This document shows positions 51,920-64,000 of a DNA stretch of 64,000 nucleotides, piece after piece. The stretch is taken from assembly GCF_963921235.1 (NCBI RefSeq), contig NC_086097.1:223512001-223576000 (forward strand), given 5' to 3'. Origin of the DNA: Mobula hypostoma. Lineage: Eukaryota. The translations under genes were made by a program, and so were the position numbers. The notes below the pieces were generated by a model, which was given only the letters and a program-made list of their open reading frames with translations, made no database searches and was not told the DNA's origin. Positions within the stretch are counted from its first letter, which is position 1, and each line of letters opens with the position of its first letter.

Positions 51920-52873
51920 TAACACACATCAAAGTTGCCGGTGAACGCAGCAGGCCAGGCAGCATCTCTAGGAAGAGGTACAGTCGACGTTTCGGGCCGA
52001 GACCCTTCGTCAGGACGAACTGAAGGAAGAGCTAGTAAGAGATTTGAAAGTGGGAGGGGGAGGGGGAGATCCAAAATGATAGGAGAAGACAGGGATGGAG
52101 CCAAGGGCTGGACAGGTGATTGGCAAAAGGGATATGAAAGGATCATGGGACAGGAGGTCCAGGGAGGAAAAGGGGGGACGGGGGAAGCCCAGAGGATGGG
52201 CAAGGGATATAGTCAGAGGGACAGAGGGAGAAAAAGGAGAGAGAGAGAAAGAATGTGTGTATATAAATAAATAACGGATGGGGTACGAGGGGGAGGTGGG
52301 GCACTAGCGGAAGTTAGAGAAGTCAATGTTCATGCCATCAGGTTGGAGGCTACCCAGACGGAATATAAGGTGTTGTTCCTCCAACCTGAGTGTAGCTTCA
52401 TCTTGACAGTAGAGGAGGCCGTGGATAGACATGTCAGAATGGGAATGGGACGTGGAATTAAAATGTGTGGCCATTGGGAGGTCCTGCTTCCGCCACCTCC
52501 AACAGGATCCCACCACTAAGCACATCTTTCCCTCCCCCCCCCCACTTTCCACAGGGATCACTCCCTACGCAACTCCCTTGTCCATTCGTACCCCCCTATC
52601 CCTCCCCACCGATCTCCCTCCTGGCACTTATCCTTGTAAGCGCAACAAGTGCTACACATGTCCTTACACTTCCTCCCTTATCACCATTCAGGGCCCCAGA
52701 CAGTCCTTCCAGGTGAGGCGACACTTCACCTGTGAGTCGGCTGGGGTGATATACTGCGTCCGGTGCTCCCGATGTGGCCTTCTATACATTGGTGAGACCC
52801 GACGCAGACTGGGAGATCGTTTCACTGAACACCTACACTCTGTCTGCCAGAGAAAGCAGGATCTTCCAGTGGA
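51920..52873 (-). mobile_element. Penelope-like element fragment with GIY-YIG endonuclease and 5' inversion
   Basis: Plus segment 52490-52873 encodes VIYCVRCSRCGLLYIGETRRRLGDRFTEH; minus segment 51920-52490 continues KQDLPMATHFN...LGSLQPDGMNIDF and the terminal repeat. Confidence 0.9.
51981..52020 (-). ncRNA. Minimal type I hammerhead ribozyme motif
   Basis: Minus strand GTC-CTGACGA-AGGGTC-TCG-GCCC-GAAAC-GTC/GAC: conserved CUGANGA and GAAA boxes, helix II, palindromic ACGT helix III, GUC cleavage triplet, short helix I GTC/GAC. Confidence 0.7.
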
Positions 52874-53027
52874 ACAACGTAATTCAGCCTTATGGAATCC
52901 CATTGTTAACAGCTTTCTAAACATAGAAACAACCATTTCCTGCTATGGAGCCAAGTGATCACTCTTTTGGATCAGATGCTTCGTTATTCAATTTACCATT
53001 CTGAGCTATGGTACTGTCCTGTCAATC

Positions 53028-53396
53028 CTTAAACCAGTCTGGCCATTCTCCTCTGACCTCCCTCATTAACAGGGCATTTTTGCCCACAGAACTGCCAATC
53101 ACTGGATGATTTTTTTTTGTTTATACACCATTCTGTGTAAACTTTAGAGGTTGTTGTGTGTGAAAATCCCAGGATTTCTGATATACTCAAACCACCCCAT
53201 CTAGCACCAACAACCATTCCATGGTCAAAATCACTGGAGATTAAATTTATTCCCCTTTCGGACGTTTGGTCTGAACATCAAATGAACCTCTTGAGCATTT
53301 CTGCATGCTTTTATGCATTGAGTTGCTTCCACAATTGGCTATTTAGATATTTGCTTTAACAGGCATGTGTAGCTAATTAAGTGGCCACCAGGTGTA
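53028..53396 (-). mobile_element. Non-autonomous Tc1-like fragment
   Basis: HTH remnant MVVGARWGGLSISE..GFSHTT and a TIR-like end TAATTAAGTGGCCAC..GTGTA. Confidence 0.6.
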
Positions 53397-53694
53397 TATT
53401 TTATTGCATTTTTCTGACAATCATTTTAAATGCTTATTGTTGTTACTCTGTTACTGCACCCGCATTTTTCTTCCCAAATTCCATTCTAAAAGCTTCGGAA
53501 AGTTTTTTGTCAATGTATTAGCCTGTTAATCATAACTGTATCCTCCATCAATTAAAGGCTTATTTTATTATAGTTACGATTGCCCAGATGCTTCCTTATT
53601 TCTATACCCCTTGGAGAACGCTCAGATCCATTCCCCAATAGAGAATCCTCATTTATTAGTTTTTTAACGTATTGGATCAGAAAAGAATCCTGTA

Positions 53695-56600
53695 GAGATG
53701 AACCAGCATATCAGAGGGAGACTGAACACCTGGCTGATTGGTGTCATAATAAAAACCTCTCAATGTCATGAGCCAGTCCTCACCGGAGAATCAGAGATGG
53801 AGAGAGTTAGCAAATTTAAATTCCTAGGTGTTACTATGTCAGGGGACCTGTCCTGGGCCCAGCACACAAGTGTAATTACAAAGAAAAAATGACCGTGCCT
53901 CTACTTCCTTAGGAGTCTGCAGAGATTCAGCATGACGTCTAAAACTTTGACTAAACTTCAGTAGATGTGTAGTGGAAAGTATATCGACTGGCTGCATTTC
54001 AGCCTGGTATGAAAACACCAATGCCTTTGAACGACATTGTGAGAGTGGCTCAGGGTAAGAGTGGAACTCTGAGGTTTTGGCTCAAGAGGCTTCAGTGAGC
54101 AGAGGCTGAGGACGAACTTGCTCCCAGTGAGGTAAGGCCGGGTAAGTTCCTTTAATTAACTTAGGAGTAGGTAATGGAGGCAGCAGTCAGGGCAGTCAAG
54201 TGCTCCGTATGCAGTATGTGGGAAGTCAGGGACAGCACAATTGTCCCTGATGACAACACCTATAAAAGGTGCATCCAGCTGCAGCTCCTGACAAACCGAG
54301 TTAGGGAACTGGAGCTGGATGAACTTCGGATCATTCATGAGGCAGAGGCAGAAATAGACAGGAGTTTCAGGGAGACAGTCACCCCTAAAAGTCAGGAGGC
54401 AGGTAGCTGGGTGACTGTCAGGAAAGGGAAGGGGAATTGACATGAAGAGCAGAGCACCCCTGTGGCCATTCTCATCAACAATAAATATACCGTTTTGGAT
54501 ACTGTTGGTGGGGACAACCCACTAGGGACAAGTTGTAGTGGTCACATCTCTAGCACCAAGACTGGACCCTCAGCTCAGAAGGGAAGGAGGGAAAAGAGGA
54601 GAGCAGTAGTGATAGGGGATTCAATAGTTAGGGGGACAGATAAGAGGGTCTGTGCGAGAGATCGAGAATCCCGGATGGTCTGTTGCCTCCCTGGTGCCAG
54701 GGTCCACGATATCTCGGATCGAGTTCTTGGTATTCTCAGGAGAGAGGGTGAGCAGCCAGATGTCGTGGTCCATGTAGGGACCAATGGCATGGATAGGAAG
54801 GAAGAGGAGGTCCTGCAAAGAGAGTTTAGGGAGTTTGGTGCTAAGTTGAAGGACAGGACCTCCAGGGTTGCAATCTCAAGATTGCTACCTGTGCCACATA
54901 CTAGTGAGACTAGAAATAGGAAGATAATGCAGCTAAATACGTGGCTAAGGAGATAGTACAGGACGGAGGGCTTCATGTTTCTGGACAATCGGGCTTTGTT
55001 CCAGGGAAGGTGGGACCTGTTCTGACGGGACGGTTTGCACCTGAACTGGAGGGGGACTAACATCCTTGCGGGTAGATTTGCTAGTGCTGCTCCGGGGGCT
55101 TTAAACTAGATATGCAGGGGGAGGGGAACCAGAGTGTTAGAGCAGACAGTGAGGTGGAGGAGGATAAAGGTCATGTGAGGACTGCATGTATAGACAGAAA
55201 TCAAAGGTTTGTACCTGATAGAAATGTTATCATGTGTATCTATTTCAACACAAGGAGTATTGCAGGTAAAGCAGATGAGCTTAGGGCCTGGGTTGGCACG
55301 TGGGATTACGACATTATTGGTATTAGTGAGACTTGGTTGCAGGAGGGGCAGGACTGGCAGCTTAATGTTCCAGGGTTCCGTTGTTTCAGACGTGATAGAA
55401 GGGGAGGGATGAAAGGGGAAGGAGTAGCATCACTAGTCAGGGAAAATACCACAGCTGTGCATAGACAGGACAGCCTGGAGGGCTTGTCTACAGCGGCCAT
55501 ATGGGTGGAGCTGAGGAACGGAAAAGGTGTGACCACACTAATAGGTTGTATTATAGACCGCCCAATAGTCAGAGAGAATTGGAGGAGCAAATCTGTAGAG
55601 AGATTGCAGACCGAGGTAAGAAACAGAAATTTGTGTAATATTAGGGGATTTTAACTTTCCACATATTGACTGGGACTCCCACACTGTGAAAGGGCTAGAT
55701 GACTTGGAGTTTGTCAAATATGTTCAGGAACGTTTTCTAAATCAATATATAGAGGTACCAACAAGAGAAGATGCAACACTTGATCGCCTATTGGGGAACC
55801 AGACAGGTCAGGTAACAGAAGTATGTGTAGGCAAACATTTTGGGTCCAGTGGCCATAATATCATTAGTTTCAAGTTAATTATGGATAAAGATGGGTCTGG
55901 TCCTCGAGTTGAGGTTCTAAATTGGAGAAGGGCCAATTTTGTGGAAATGAAAGAGGATCTAGGAAGAGTGGATTGGGATAAGTTGTTTTCTGGCAAGGAT
56001 GTGTTCAGTAAGGCAAAATTTTGAGAGTGCAGAGTTTGCATGTTACTGCCAGGATTAAAGGCAAAGTTAACAGGCATAGGGAACCTTGGTTTTCAAGGGA
56101 TATTGGCGATCTGGTTAAGAAAAACAGAGAGGTGTATAGCAGGTATAGGCAACAAAGAACAAATGAGGTACCTGAAGAGTATAGAAAATGTAAGAAAATA
56201 CTAAAGAAGAAAATCAGGAAGGCAAAAAGAAGACATGAGGTTGCTTTGGCAGATAATGTGAAGGTAACCCCGAAGGGATTCTACAAGTTTATTAAAAGGA
56301 TAGTAAGGGACAAAATTGGTCCCCTAGAAGATCAGAGTGATTGTCTATGTGTGGAGCCTCACGAGATGGGGGAGATCTTAAACAGTTTTTTTGCATCAGT
56401 ATTTACTCAGGAAACTGGCATAGCATATATGGAAGGAAGGGAAACAAGCAGCAGTGTCATGTATACAGAGATTAAAGAGGAGGTGCTTGCTGCCTTACAG
56501 TGAATAAAGGTAGATAAATTCCCCGGGCCTGACATGATAATTTCCTCAAAGCTTGAGAGAGACTAGTGTAGAAATTGCAGGGGCCCTGGCAGAAATATTT

Positions 56601-58590
56601 AAAATGTCCTTAGCCACGGGTGCGGTGCTGCAGGATTGGAGGGTAGCTCATGTTTTTCCGTTGTTTAAAAAACGCTCCAAAAGTAAACCAGGTTATTACA
56701 GGCCGGTGAGCCTGACATCAGTAGTAGGTAAATTATTGGAAGGTATTCTGAGAGAGTGGATATACAAGTATTTGGACAGCCAAGGATAGTCAGCATGGCT
56801 TTGTGCGTGGTAGATCGGGTTTAACTTATCTTGTAGAGTTTTTCGAGGAGGTTACCAAGAAAGTAGATGAAGGAAAGGCTGTGGATGTTGTCTACATGGA
56901 CTTTAGTAAGGCCTTTGACAAGGTCCCACATGGGAGGTTAGTTCAGAAGGTTCAGACACTAGGTATCCATGGACAGGTTGTAAACTAGATTCGAAATTGG
57001 CTGTGTGGGAGAAGACAGAGAGTGGTAGTGGATGATTGCTTCTCAGACTGGAGGCCTGTGACTAGTGGTGTGCCTCAGGGATCTGTGCTGGGACCATTGT
57101 TGTTTGTTGTCTATATCAATGATCTAGATGATAATGTGGTAAATTGGATCTACAAGTCTGCTGATGACACTAAGATTGGAGGCATTGTGGACAGCAAGGA
57201 AGGATTTCAAAGCTTGCAGAGGGATCGGGACCAACTGGAAAAATGGGCCAGAAAATGGCAGATGGAATTTAATGCAGACAAGTGGGAGGTGTTGCATGTT
57301 GGAAGGACAAATTAAGGTAGGACATACACAGTAAATGGTAGGGCACTGAGGAGTGTGGAGGAACAAAGGGATCTGGGCGTTCAGATACATAATTCCCTGA
57401 AAGTGGCGTCACAGGTAGACAGGGTTATAAAGAAGGCTTTTGGCATCCTTGCATTTATAAATCAAAGTACTGAGTATAGGAGTTGGGATGTTATGGTGAG
57501 GTTGTATAAGACATTGGTGAGGCCAAATTTGGAGTGTTGTGTGCAGTTCTGGTCACCTAACTATAGGAAGGATATCAGTAAGATTGAAAGAGTGCAGAGA
57601 AGATTTACTAGGATATTGCCGGGTCTTCAGGAGTTGAGTTACAGGGAAAGATCGAACAGGTTAGGACTTTATTCCTTGGATCGTAGAAGAATGAGGGGGG
57701 ATTTGATAGAGGTTTACAACATTATGAGGGGTATAGACAGAGTAAATGCAAGAAGGCTCTTTCCACTTAGATTAGGAGAGATAAATACAAGAGGACGTGG
57801 CTTTAGGGTGAAAGGGGAAAGGTTTAGGGGGAACTTCTTCACTCAGAGAGTGGTGGGAGTGTGGAACAAGCTGCCATCTGACGTGGTAAATGCAGGCTCA
57901 CTCTTAAGTTTTAAGAATAAATTGGATAGATACATGGATGGGAGAGGTCTGGAGGGTTATGGACTGGGTGCAGGTCAATGGGACTAGCGGAATAAAGTTT
58001 TGGCCCAGACTAGAAGGGCCGAATGGCCTGTTTTCTGTGCTGTAGTGTTCTATGGAAAACCTACAAAAAGTTTGAGTTCGCCCCAGTCCATGGCAGGTAA
58101 AGCCCTCCTCACCATTGAGCACAGCTACATAAAATGCTATCACAGGAAAGAAACATCCATTAGCAAGGTTCTCATTCAGTCATGCTCTCTTCTCGCCACT
58201 GCCATCAGAAAGAAGGTGCAAGAGCCTCAGGACACACACCGCCAGGTTCAGGAACAGTTTCTACCCCTCAATTATCAGGATCTTGAACCAAAGGGGATAA
58301 ATTGACTTGCCCCACCATTGAAATGTTTCCACAACCAATGAACTCACTTACAAGGAAGGGTCATCTCATGTTTTCATTATTTATTGCTATTTATTTGTAT
58401 TTGTGTTTGCATTTGCACTTGCACCATTAGTTGTCTACTGCACTCTGATTGAACGCCCTGGTTGGGCGGTCTTTCATTGATTCTGTATCGTTAATATTCT
58501 ATAAATTTGTTGAGTATGCCCACAAGAAAATGAATCTCAGGGTGACATGAATATGGTGACATACATGTACTTTGATAATAAATTTTACTT
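53695..58590 (+). mobile_element. Rex1/Babar-like fragment split by a CR1 (pieces 53695-54032 and 58054-58590)
   Basis: ERVSKFKFLGV...DLSW before the insertion; reading continues GGAAAACCTACAAAA after it, ending in an AATAAA tail. Confidence 0.65.
54033..58053 (+). mobile_element. Essentially full-length CR1 LINE, inactivated
   Basis: ORF1 from 54174 (CSVC..C zinc finger, VIGDSIVR esterase); ORF2 EN (IYFNTRSI..KADEL), RT (SGVPQGSVLGP, ADDTK) to stop at 57987; tail TAGTGTTCTAT; many stops and frameshifts. Confidence 0.93.
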
Positions 58591-58763
58591 TTAACTCTTT
58601 AAACACTGTTGAAACTCTATTCCCCAAAACCCAAACTTGCCTCTTCTGTTCAGTTCAATAAAACTCTCTGGAGATTTCAGACATCCCTTTCCACATCCCC
58701 ATACCAGACACCCCCAATATTTCTACATATATATCTTTCTTCATTTGTATTATTAGGTGATGT

Positions 58764-58920
58764 ATCAGAATCAGGCTTATTAACACCGGCATGTGCCGTG
58801 AAATTTGTTAACTTAGCAGCACCAGATCAATGCAATACATAATCTAGAAGAGAAAAAAAAATTAATAAGTAAATAAATTACAGTATACATATATTGAATA
58901 GATTTTTAAAATGTGCAAAT
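58764..58920 (-). mobile_element. Rex/Babar-like 3' tail fragment
   Basis: Similar to 59184-59330 (ATCAGAAT..GTGAAATTTGTTAACTTAGC). Confidence 0.55.
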
Positions 58921-59183
58921 TATGTCTATTAATATGATTTGATACTTCATGACATATTTCCCATTCACAGGGTTTTTATTTATCCGTCCTAGAGCCATCT
59001 CCTTTTGGTTAAGTACCGTTGTGCTAATTGAAAAGAGCATTGGTTCTCCACCTCCTCCTTACAAACATGCTACATGCTGTGGTGATTTGTTCCCAATCCT
59101 GATTCTTCAGCAATCATGTCTCTGTAATTCCTATTATGACCCCTTTCGTCACAATGCATGACTGCCTCCAGCCCCCATTTCAT

Positions 59184-59750
59184 GAATCAGAATTATTATC
59201 ACTGGCATATGTTGTGAAATTTGTTAACTTAGCTGAAGCAATACATAATATAATAGAAAATAATAAATAAGTAAATCAATTACAGTATATGCATATTGAA
59301 TAGATTAAAAATCAAATAAAAACAAAGTATATATTAAAAAAGTGAGGTAGTGTTCATGGTTTCAATGTCCATTTAGGAATCGGATGGCAGATGGGAAGAA
59401 GCTGTTCCTGGATCGCTGAGTGTGTGCCTTCAGGCTTCTGTACCTCCTACCTGATGGTAACAGTGAGAAAAGGGCATGCCCTGGGTGCTGGAGGTCCTTA
59501 ATCACAGACGCTGTCTTTCTGAGACACCGCTCCTTGAAGATGTCCTGGGTACTTTGTAGGCTGGTACCCAAGATGGAGCCAACTAAATCTACGACCCTCT
59601 GCAGCTTCTCCCAGTCTTGTGCAGTAGCCCCGCACTCATAGATGGAGCCTGTCAGAATACTCTTCATGGTACATCTATAGAATTTTTTTGAGTGTTTTTG
59701 TTGGCATTCCAAATTTCCTCAAACTCCTAATGAAGTATAGTCACTGTCAT
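59184..59750 (-). mobile_element. Rex1/Babar-like LINE 3' portion
   Basis: ORF 59362-59712 FYRCTMKSILT...HPGHALFSLLPSGRRYRSL...RNSFFPSAIRFLN. Confidence 0.75.
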
Positions 59751-61239
59751 GACTGCCATTGTGGGCACTTCTGTGAAGTTGAATTGGGATTTCCAATCAC
59801 TTTATCATTAACTTCCCTTTTTGAATCCTGTCCTACAACTTCATGCAATCTCTTGCCAACATGCTATGCTTTCATTTTCCATTTTGTTTAAAACTACATG
59901 TTTTTTTTGTGGAGTTTTGCTCTTCCTAATAGCAAACCTTTGCTCTTTCTCTGATACACTATCTCATCCAGATTCTGGTGGGGCCATCCTACCACTACAG
60001 GTTTCAGAAATGGTGCTCATGACCAATGAAGTAGACCAGGTTGCTTACTTAAGGCAAACAGCAAGTGCTGAATTTGCTTCTGCCCAGCATTGCACAAGGA
60101 TCTTGCCACATGCAGTGAACTAGATTTAATCACTGTCAGCTTGGAAGAAATTTTCCACATTGTTTCCTGACGGGCCCATTTTTAAAAACTTCTTTTAACC
60201 ATTCCCTGCATATGTTAATCCTCTCTTGCCTAACCAACTGTTGGCAAAAAAATTAAAGTATATTCATTTCTGCTCATGCCATTCACAAATGTAATATCTC
60301 GTAAGTCTTTGTAGCCAATTAAGTATTCTAACATGCTGTCACTGTTACAATGCAAAGCATGCAGCTGTAAATTTGTATGCAACAAGCTCCACATGGAGAA
60401 ATAAATATTTGCTAGGATAAAAAGAAAATTTCAAGGCACTATTTCACCTGAGAAAACATAGACTTCATGTTAATACCTCACCTGTAAGACTGCACTACTG
60501 ACAATGTAGAATTTCTCAAGTACTGCACTGGCCATTATGAAATCTTTGCGCTCGAATCCCCGGAGTGGAACTTGAACCCACAACTTTCAAATTCCAAACA
60601 AGTATAAAACTGTACCACAATAGGCGTTTTGAATTCAAACTCAACTTCATCATCAAGAAGTACAAAAGCAGCAGATGCACAGGAATGCCTCTATTTGCTG
60701 GTTTCAGTGTAAATCACACAGCATCCTGCTTTGGTGATATACAAAGTCATCACCATCATCATCATCTCTGGGTCTAAATTTGGGAACACCCCACTCAAAT
60801 TAATTTGGGAATACTTAGAACTGGTTCAGCCTGCCTTGCTGCGCTGCTATTAAGAAAAAAAAACACACTAAAGTTAAATGTCTACTACACAATCTACTAG
60901 ACAAACTCAGCAGGTCAAGCAGCTTCAGTGGGTTGAAAGAAATTGTATTGACATTGTGGTTTCAACCTGAAATATTGACAAATTTCTTCCCCCTCCCCCT
61001 CCCACAGATGCTGCTCGACCCACTGAGCTCTTCCAGTAGACCTTACTCCAGATTCCAGCATGTGCAGCCTCATATGCATTAGAGATGTAAACATTAGCTA
61101 TTCTTATTAGCAACATTTCAACTTAAAGGTTTAACTTTTTCACCAGAACCAATGCACTTGGAAATGATGCAATGAGCTTCCTTTAAAGATTATTGGCATA
61201 TTAACACCACACAAGTGTTTTACATCAACATAAACACAG

Positions 61240-62760
61240 CTTTCATTGGGCATTGCAGAGAACCGCACAGGAAAAGTCCCTTTGGCACATGATTCTGGCT
61301 GACCACAATGCCAAATTAAAGTAACTTCATTTGCCTGCACCTGGTCCTACCATCCCCTGCCTGTTCATGTGTCTGCCTAAATACCTCCTAAACAATACTA
61401 CTGTATTTGCTCACACCAACTTCCCTGGAAAGGCATACCAGGTACTCAGTACCCTCGCTGTAAAAAAAAACTTGCCTCATAAGTTTGAAAGTTTCTTCCT
61501 CTCACTTTAAAGTTATGGCCTCCGGTATTTGATGTTTCCTCCCGTGAAAAAAAGAGCATGTACCCATCCGATGTCTCTCAAAATTTTATCAATTTCTATC
61601 AAGGCAGATTTCAACCTGCAATGTTTCAAAAGAAAGCAATTTTATGCAACCTCTCCTTATGAATCCCGACAACATCCCTGTGAAACTCTCCTGTACCCTT
61701 TTCAAAACCACCACAGTATTCCTGTAACACAGTAACAAGAACTGCATACAATGCTCCAAACACAGTTTCTGCACTTGCACCACAAGATCCCTAACAATAC
61801 ACCCAAGGGTGTTGCCATTTACTGCACACTTTCCTTTTACATTTGACTTCCCAAAGGGCAATTACCTCACACCTGCCTGGATTAACCTCCACAACTCTGT
61901 CATGGTTTGGAGGCTTGCGTGCCTCAACCACCCAGAAAGCTATTTTGGCTGGAGTCAGGGCTTTATTCTTTGGCTCTTGGCAGGGTCACCCAAGCCAAAC
62001 AGGTCAAAGGGTAGAGGTCAGAGGATCAGGTGTTCATCTGGGAAAACAAAACTGTTACAGAAACAGTAAATGAAGAATCCTTCTGCATTTGCGTGGCCAA
62101 GGAGAGGCAGAGACAGAGGACCTTCATTGCTGCCCTGAATGCCAGCAGCATAACAGGCAGTAAGTGAACAGATCAAGTTCCATCTGCCATTACTGTACAC
62201 ACATTTCCAATCTATCTACATCCTGGCTCTCTATAACCTTTCTCACCATCCACAATTACACAAACTTCCGCGTCATCTACAAACTTACTAATCAGCACAA
62301 CAGCACTTTCATTCAGAATCACAAATGACGGAAGTTCCCTGTGGAACACCATTGGTCACAGATCTTCAGTCAAAATGCCACCCCTCCACTAGAGCACTCC
62401 ATATTCAATGGCCAAGCCAAGTGCATACATCTTGGACTTAATCTTCTGGATCAGACAACATCCTAATCATCTTCATTTCCTCAAAAGACATAATCAAGTT
62501 TGTAACACAGGTACAACACTCCCACTCTCACTATCGTCCATACTTTTCCAAATGTGAGTGAATGTTATATCCAAGAAGCTCCTCCAATAATTTCCACATT
62601 GCTAATGTAGGCTCGCCAATTTATAATTTCATACATTAATCCCTTTTGCAAAGAAACAGTCCTCTGGAAACTTGCCTGTGGCTAAAGACGACACAATGAC
62701 ATCTGTCAAACACCCACCAATTTCAATAACTTGGGATGGACTCCATCAAGCATTGCAGAA
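61240..62760 (-). mobile_element. Degraded CR1 with an RTE-like insert (about 61888-62165, plus strand)
   Basis: LEHCMQF..LKRVQESFTGML remnants; insert has GGCTTGCGTGCCTCAA...GGTCACCCAAG, resembling RTE 5' regions. Confidence 0.5.
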
Positions 62761-63049
62761 AAAGAAAAGTGGACAGTGCATGTAATGACATAATTACATT
62801 AATAAAGCAAAATAAAAAATCTCAGCATGACAGCATCATAAATACAGCATCCATAAGATGTCAGTCAACACCTCCTCTCCCATCTGCCCTCCTCTGTCCC
62901 TTCACCAGCCTCTCTCCCCTCCTTTGCTCGCCCCCTCACCCATCTTCTACCACCCCCCCCCAGCCGGCCTGTCTCTCCCCTGCACCCCCCGGCCCCTCTC
63001 CCTTGCGCTCCCATCTGCCCCCAGCCCCTCGCCGGCCCCTCTCCCCTAC

Positions 63050-63330
63050 CTGAGGCCTGGAAGCGGCTCCAACATCGGCAAACACTAAAGAGAAATAACC
63101 CCACGGGGGGAGGAGGGAGCCAACCACTGCAACCACCCCCCCTCGTCCGCTTCACGGGCACCGCTCGCCTCCGCTACATTGACAACTCGAGGTCACTGCC
63201 ACCCTGTCAGCCCCGGCCTGAGATCCCGCTTCCCACATCCTGTCCCCGGGACGTTCGCCACCCCACCCTCTCCACTCCGCAGCTGCAGCCCCCGAGCCCT
63301 CCCGGTGCCTCGAAATGGTCGATCCCAGCT
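63050..63330 (-). other. STAU2: Probable non-coding exon 1 (5' UTR) of the Staufen gene; 5' end approximate
   Basis: GC/CpG-rich segment ending in donor CCTCAG/GTAGGG followed by a G-rich intron start; directly downstream of the CCAAT cluster on the minus strand. Confidence 0.6.
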
Positions 63331-63670
63331 GCTCGCCACGCCCCCCTTTCTGACCAATGACACGGGGGAGAGACTTCAGCCAATCGAAATCTCGGCTTGA
63401 TCCCATCCAATGGGAGATTGGCCAATTGACAGATTCGTCTGAGACTGGCCAATCGAAAGCTCAGACTGCTCCTGGACTTTGGGGTGCTCAAACCGAAACT
63501 GGCCAATAGAAATCCCGTACTTAGTGCAGCAGTAACGCAACTTGTGGGCGGGGCATGATTGATGGCTCCGTTGTGCAGCGCACGCAGAGGAGCATCGCTG
63601 CGAACTGCATGCTCGATCGGCCGATCTACTGGTACATTGCCTCTTAAAGGACATCAATGCCAATCACTCA
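63330..63670 (-). promoter_or_regulatory. CpG-island promoter with CCAAT (NF-Y) cluster and GC boxes
   Basis: CCAAT at 63354, 63380, 63407, 63422, 63449, 63503 and 63660, ATTGG at 63417; GGGCGGGGC at 63546; CCACGCCCCC at 63336; strongest non-repeat CpG enrichment in the window. Confidence 0.8.
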
Positions 63671-64000
63671 ACTTTATTCCCCTCCCCATTGCTGCCTCCT
63701 GCTCTGACACTTACATTTTCATCATCAGCAGTTTTACTTTTGATTCCACTATTTTCTGCTTCAGAACCCTATGCATTCTCCTGCGGTACCCACCCTCGTC
63801 AAAGCGGGTCTTCATTCAATGAAAATCATTAGTCATTCTTAATAATGCTGCAAAACAGCCGCGACCACTGGAAAAAGCAAACATTCTGGGGCCATTATGA
63901 AAACTGGTTGTCGTGCTGCATGTTTACAGTCCAGAATTAGCTGTTTCTCTAGCCAAGCTTTTCCAGTACCGTTAAATCGGTGGCATCTTCCATCAGTTTG

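Noticed and set aside
61888..62020. HDV-like ribozyme at an RTE-like 5' end
   Set aside because: Could not build the double pseudoknot by eye; needs a descriptor search
62736..63822. Pro/Gly-rich ORFs as protein-coding genes
   Set aside because: Overlapping ORFs on both strands are expected in a GC-rich promoter; no recognisable domain

Overview
Eukaryotic vertebrate DNA, most likely a cartilaginous fish (ray/shark; inferred from the CR1, Rex/Babar, Penelope and tRNA-SINE repeat mix, not proven). The window holds the 5' end of a Staufen gene on the minus strand, best matching STAU2. It has a CpG-rich, CCAAT-box-rich promoter and probable non-coding exon 1 at about 63.0-63.6 kb. Three coding exons (29074-29284, 12470-12600, 2363-2522) splice in frame with canonical GT-AG sites and encode a Ser-rich N-terminal extension plus dsRBD1; the gene continues beyond position 1. 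The introns are mostly transposable-element debris: nested CR1 LINEs, a Gmr1-type Gypsy provirus lacking RT plus a related solo LTR, two Tc1 copies, a Tigger element with a long internal hairpin, hAT MITEs, tRNA-derived SINEs, Rex/Babar and RTE fragments, and a twin-primed Penelope element with a minimal hammerhead ribozyme in the sense strand of the host pre-mRNA. I see no convincing new multi-gene system. The best leads are the STAU1-like N-terminal exon with a second open frame, the intronic hammerhead, and inverted repeats bracketing a frame-symmetric dsRBD1 exon pair. Comparisons to known proteins and repeat families are from memory, not database searches.
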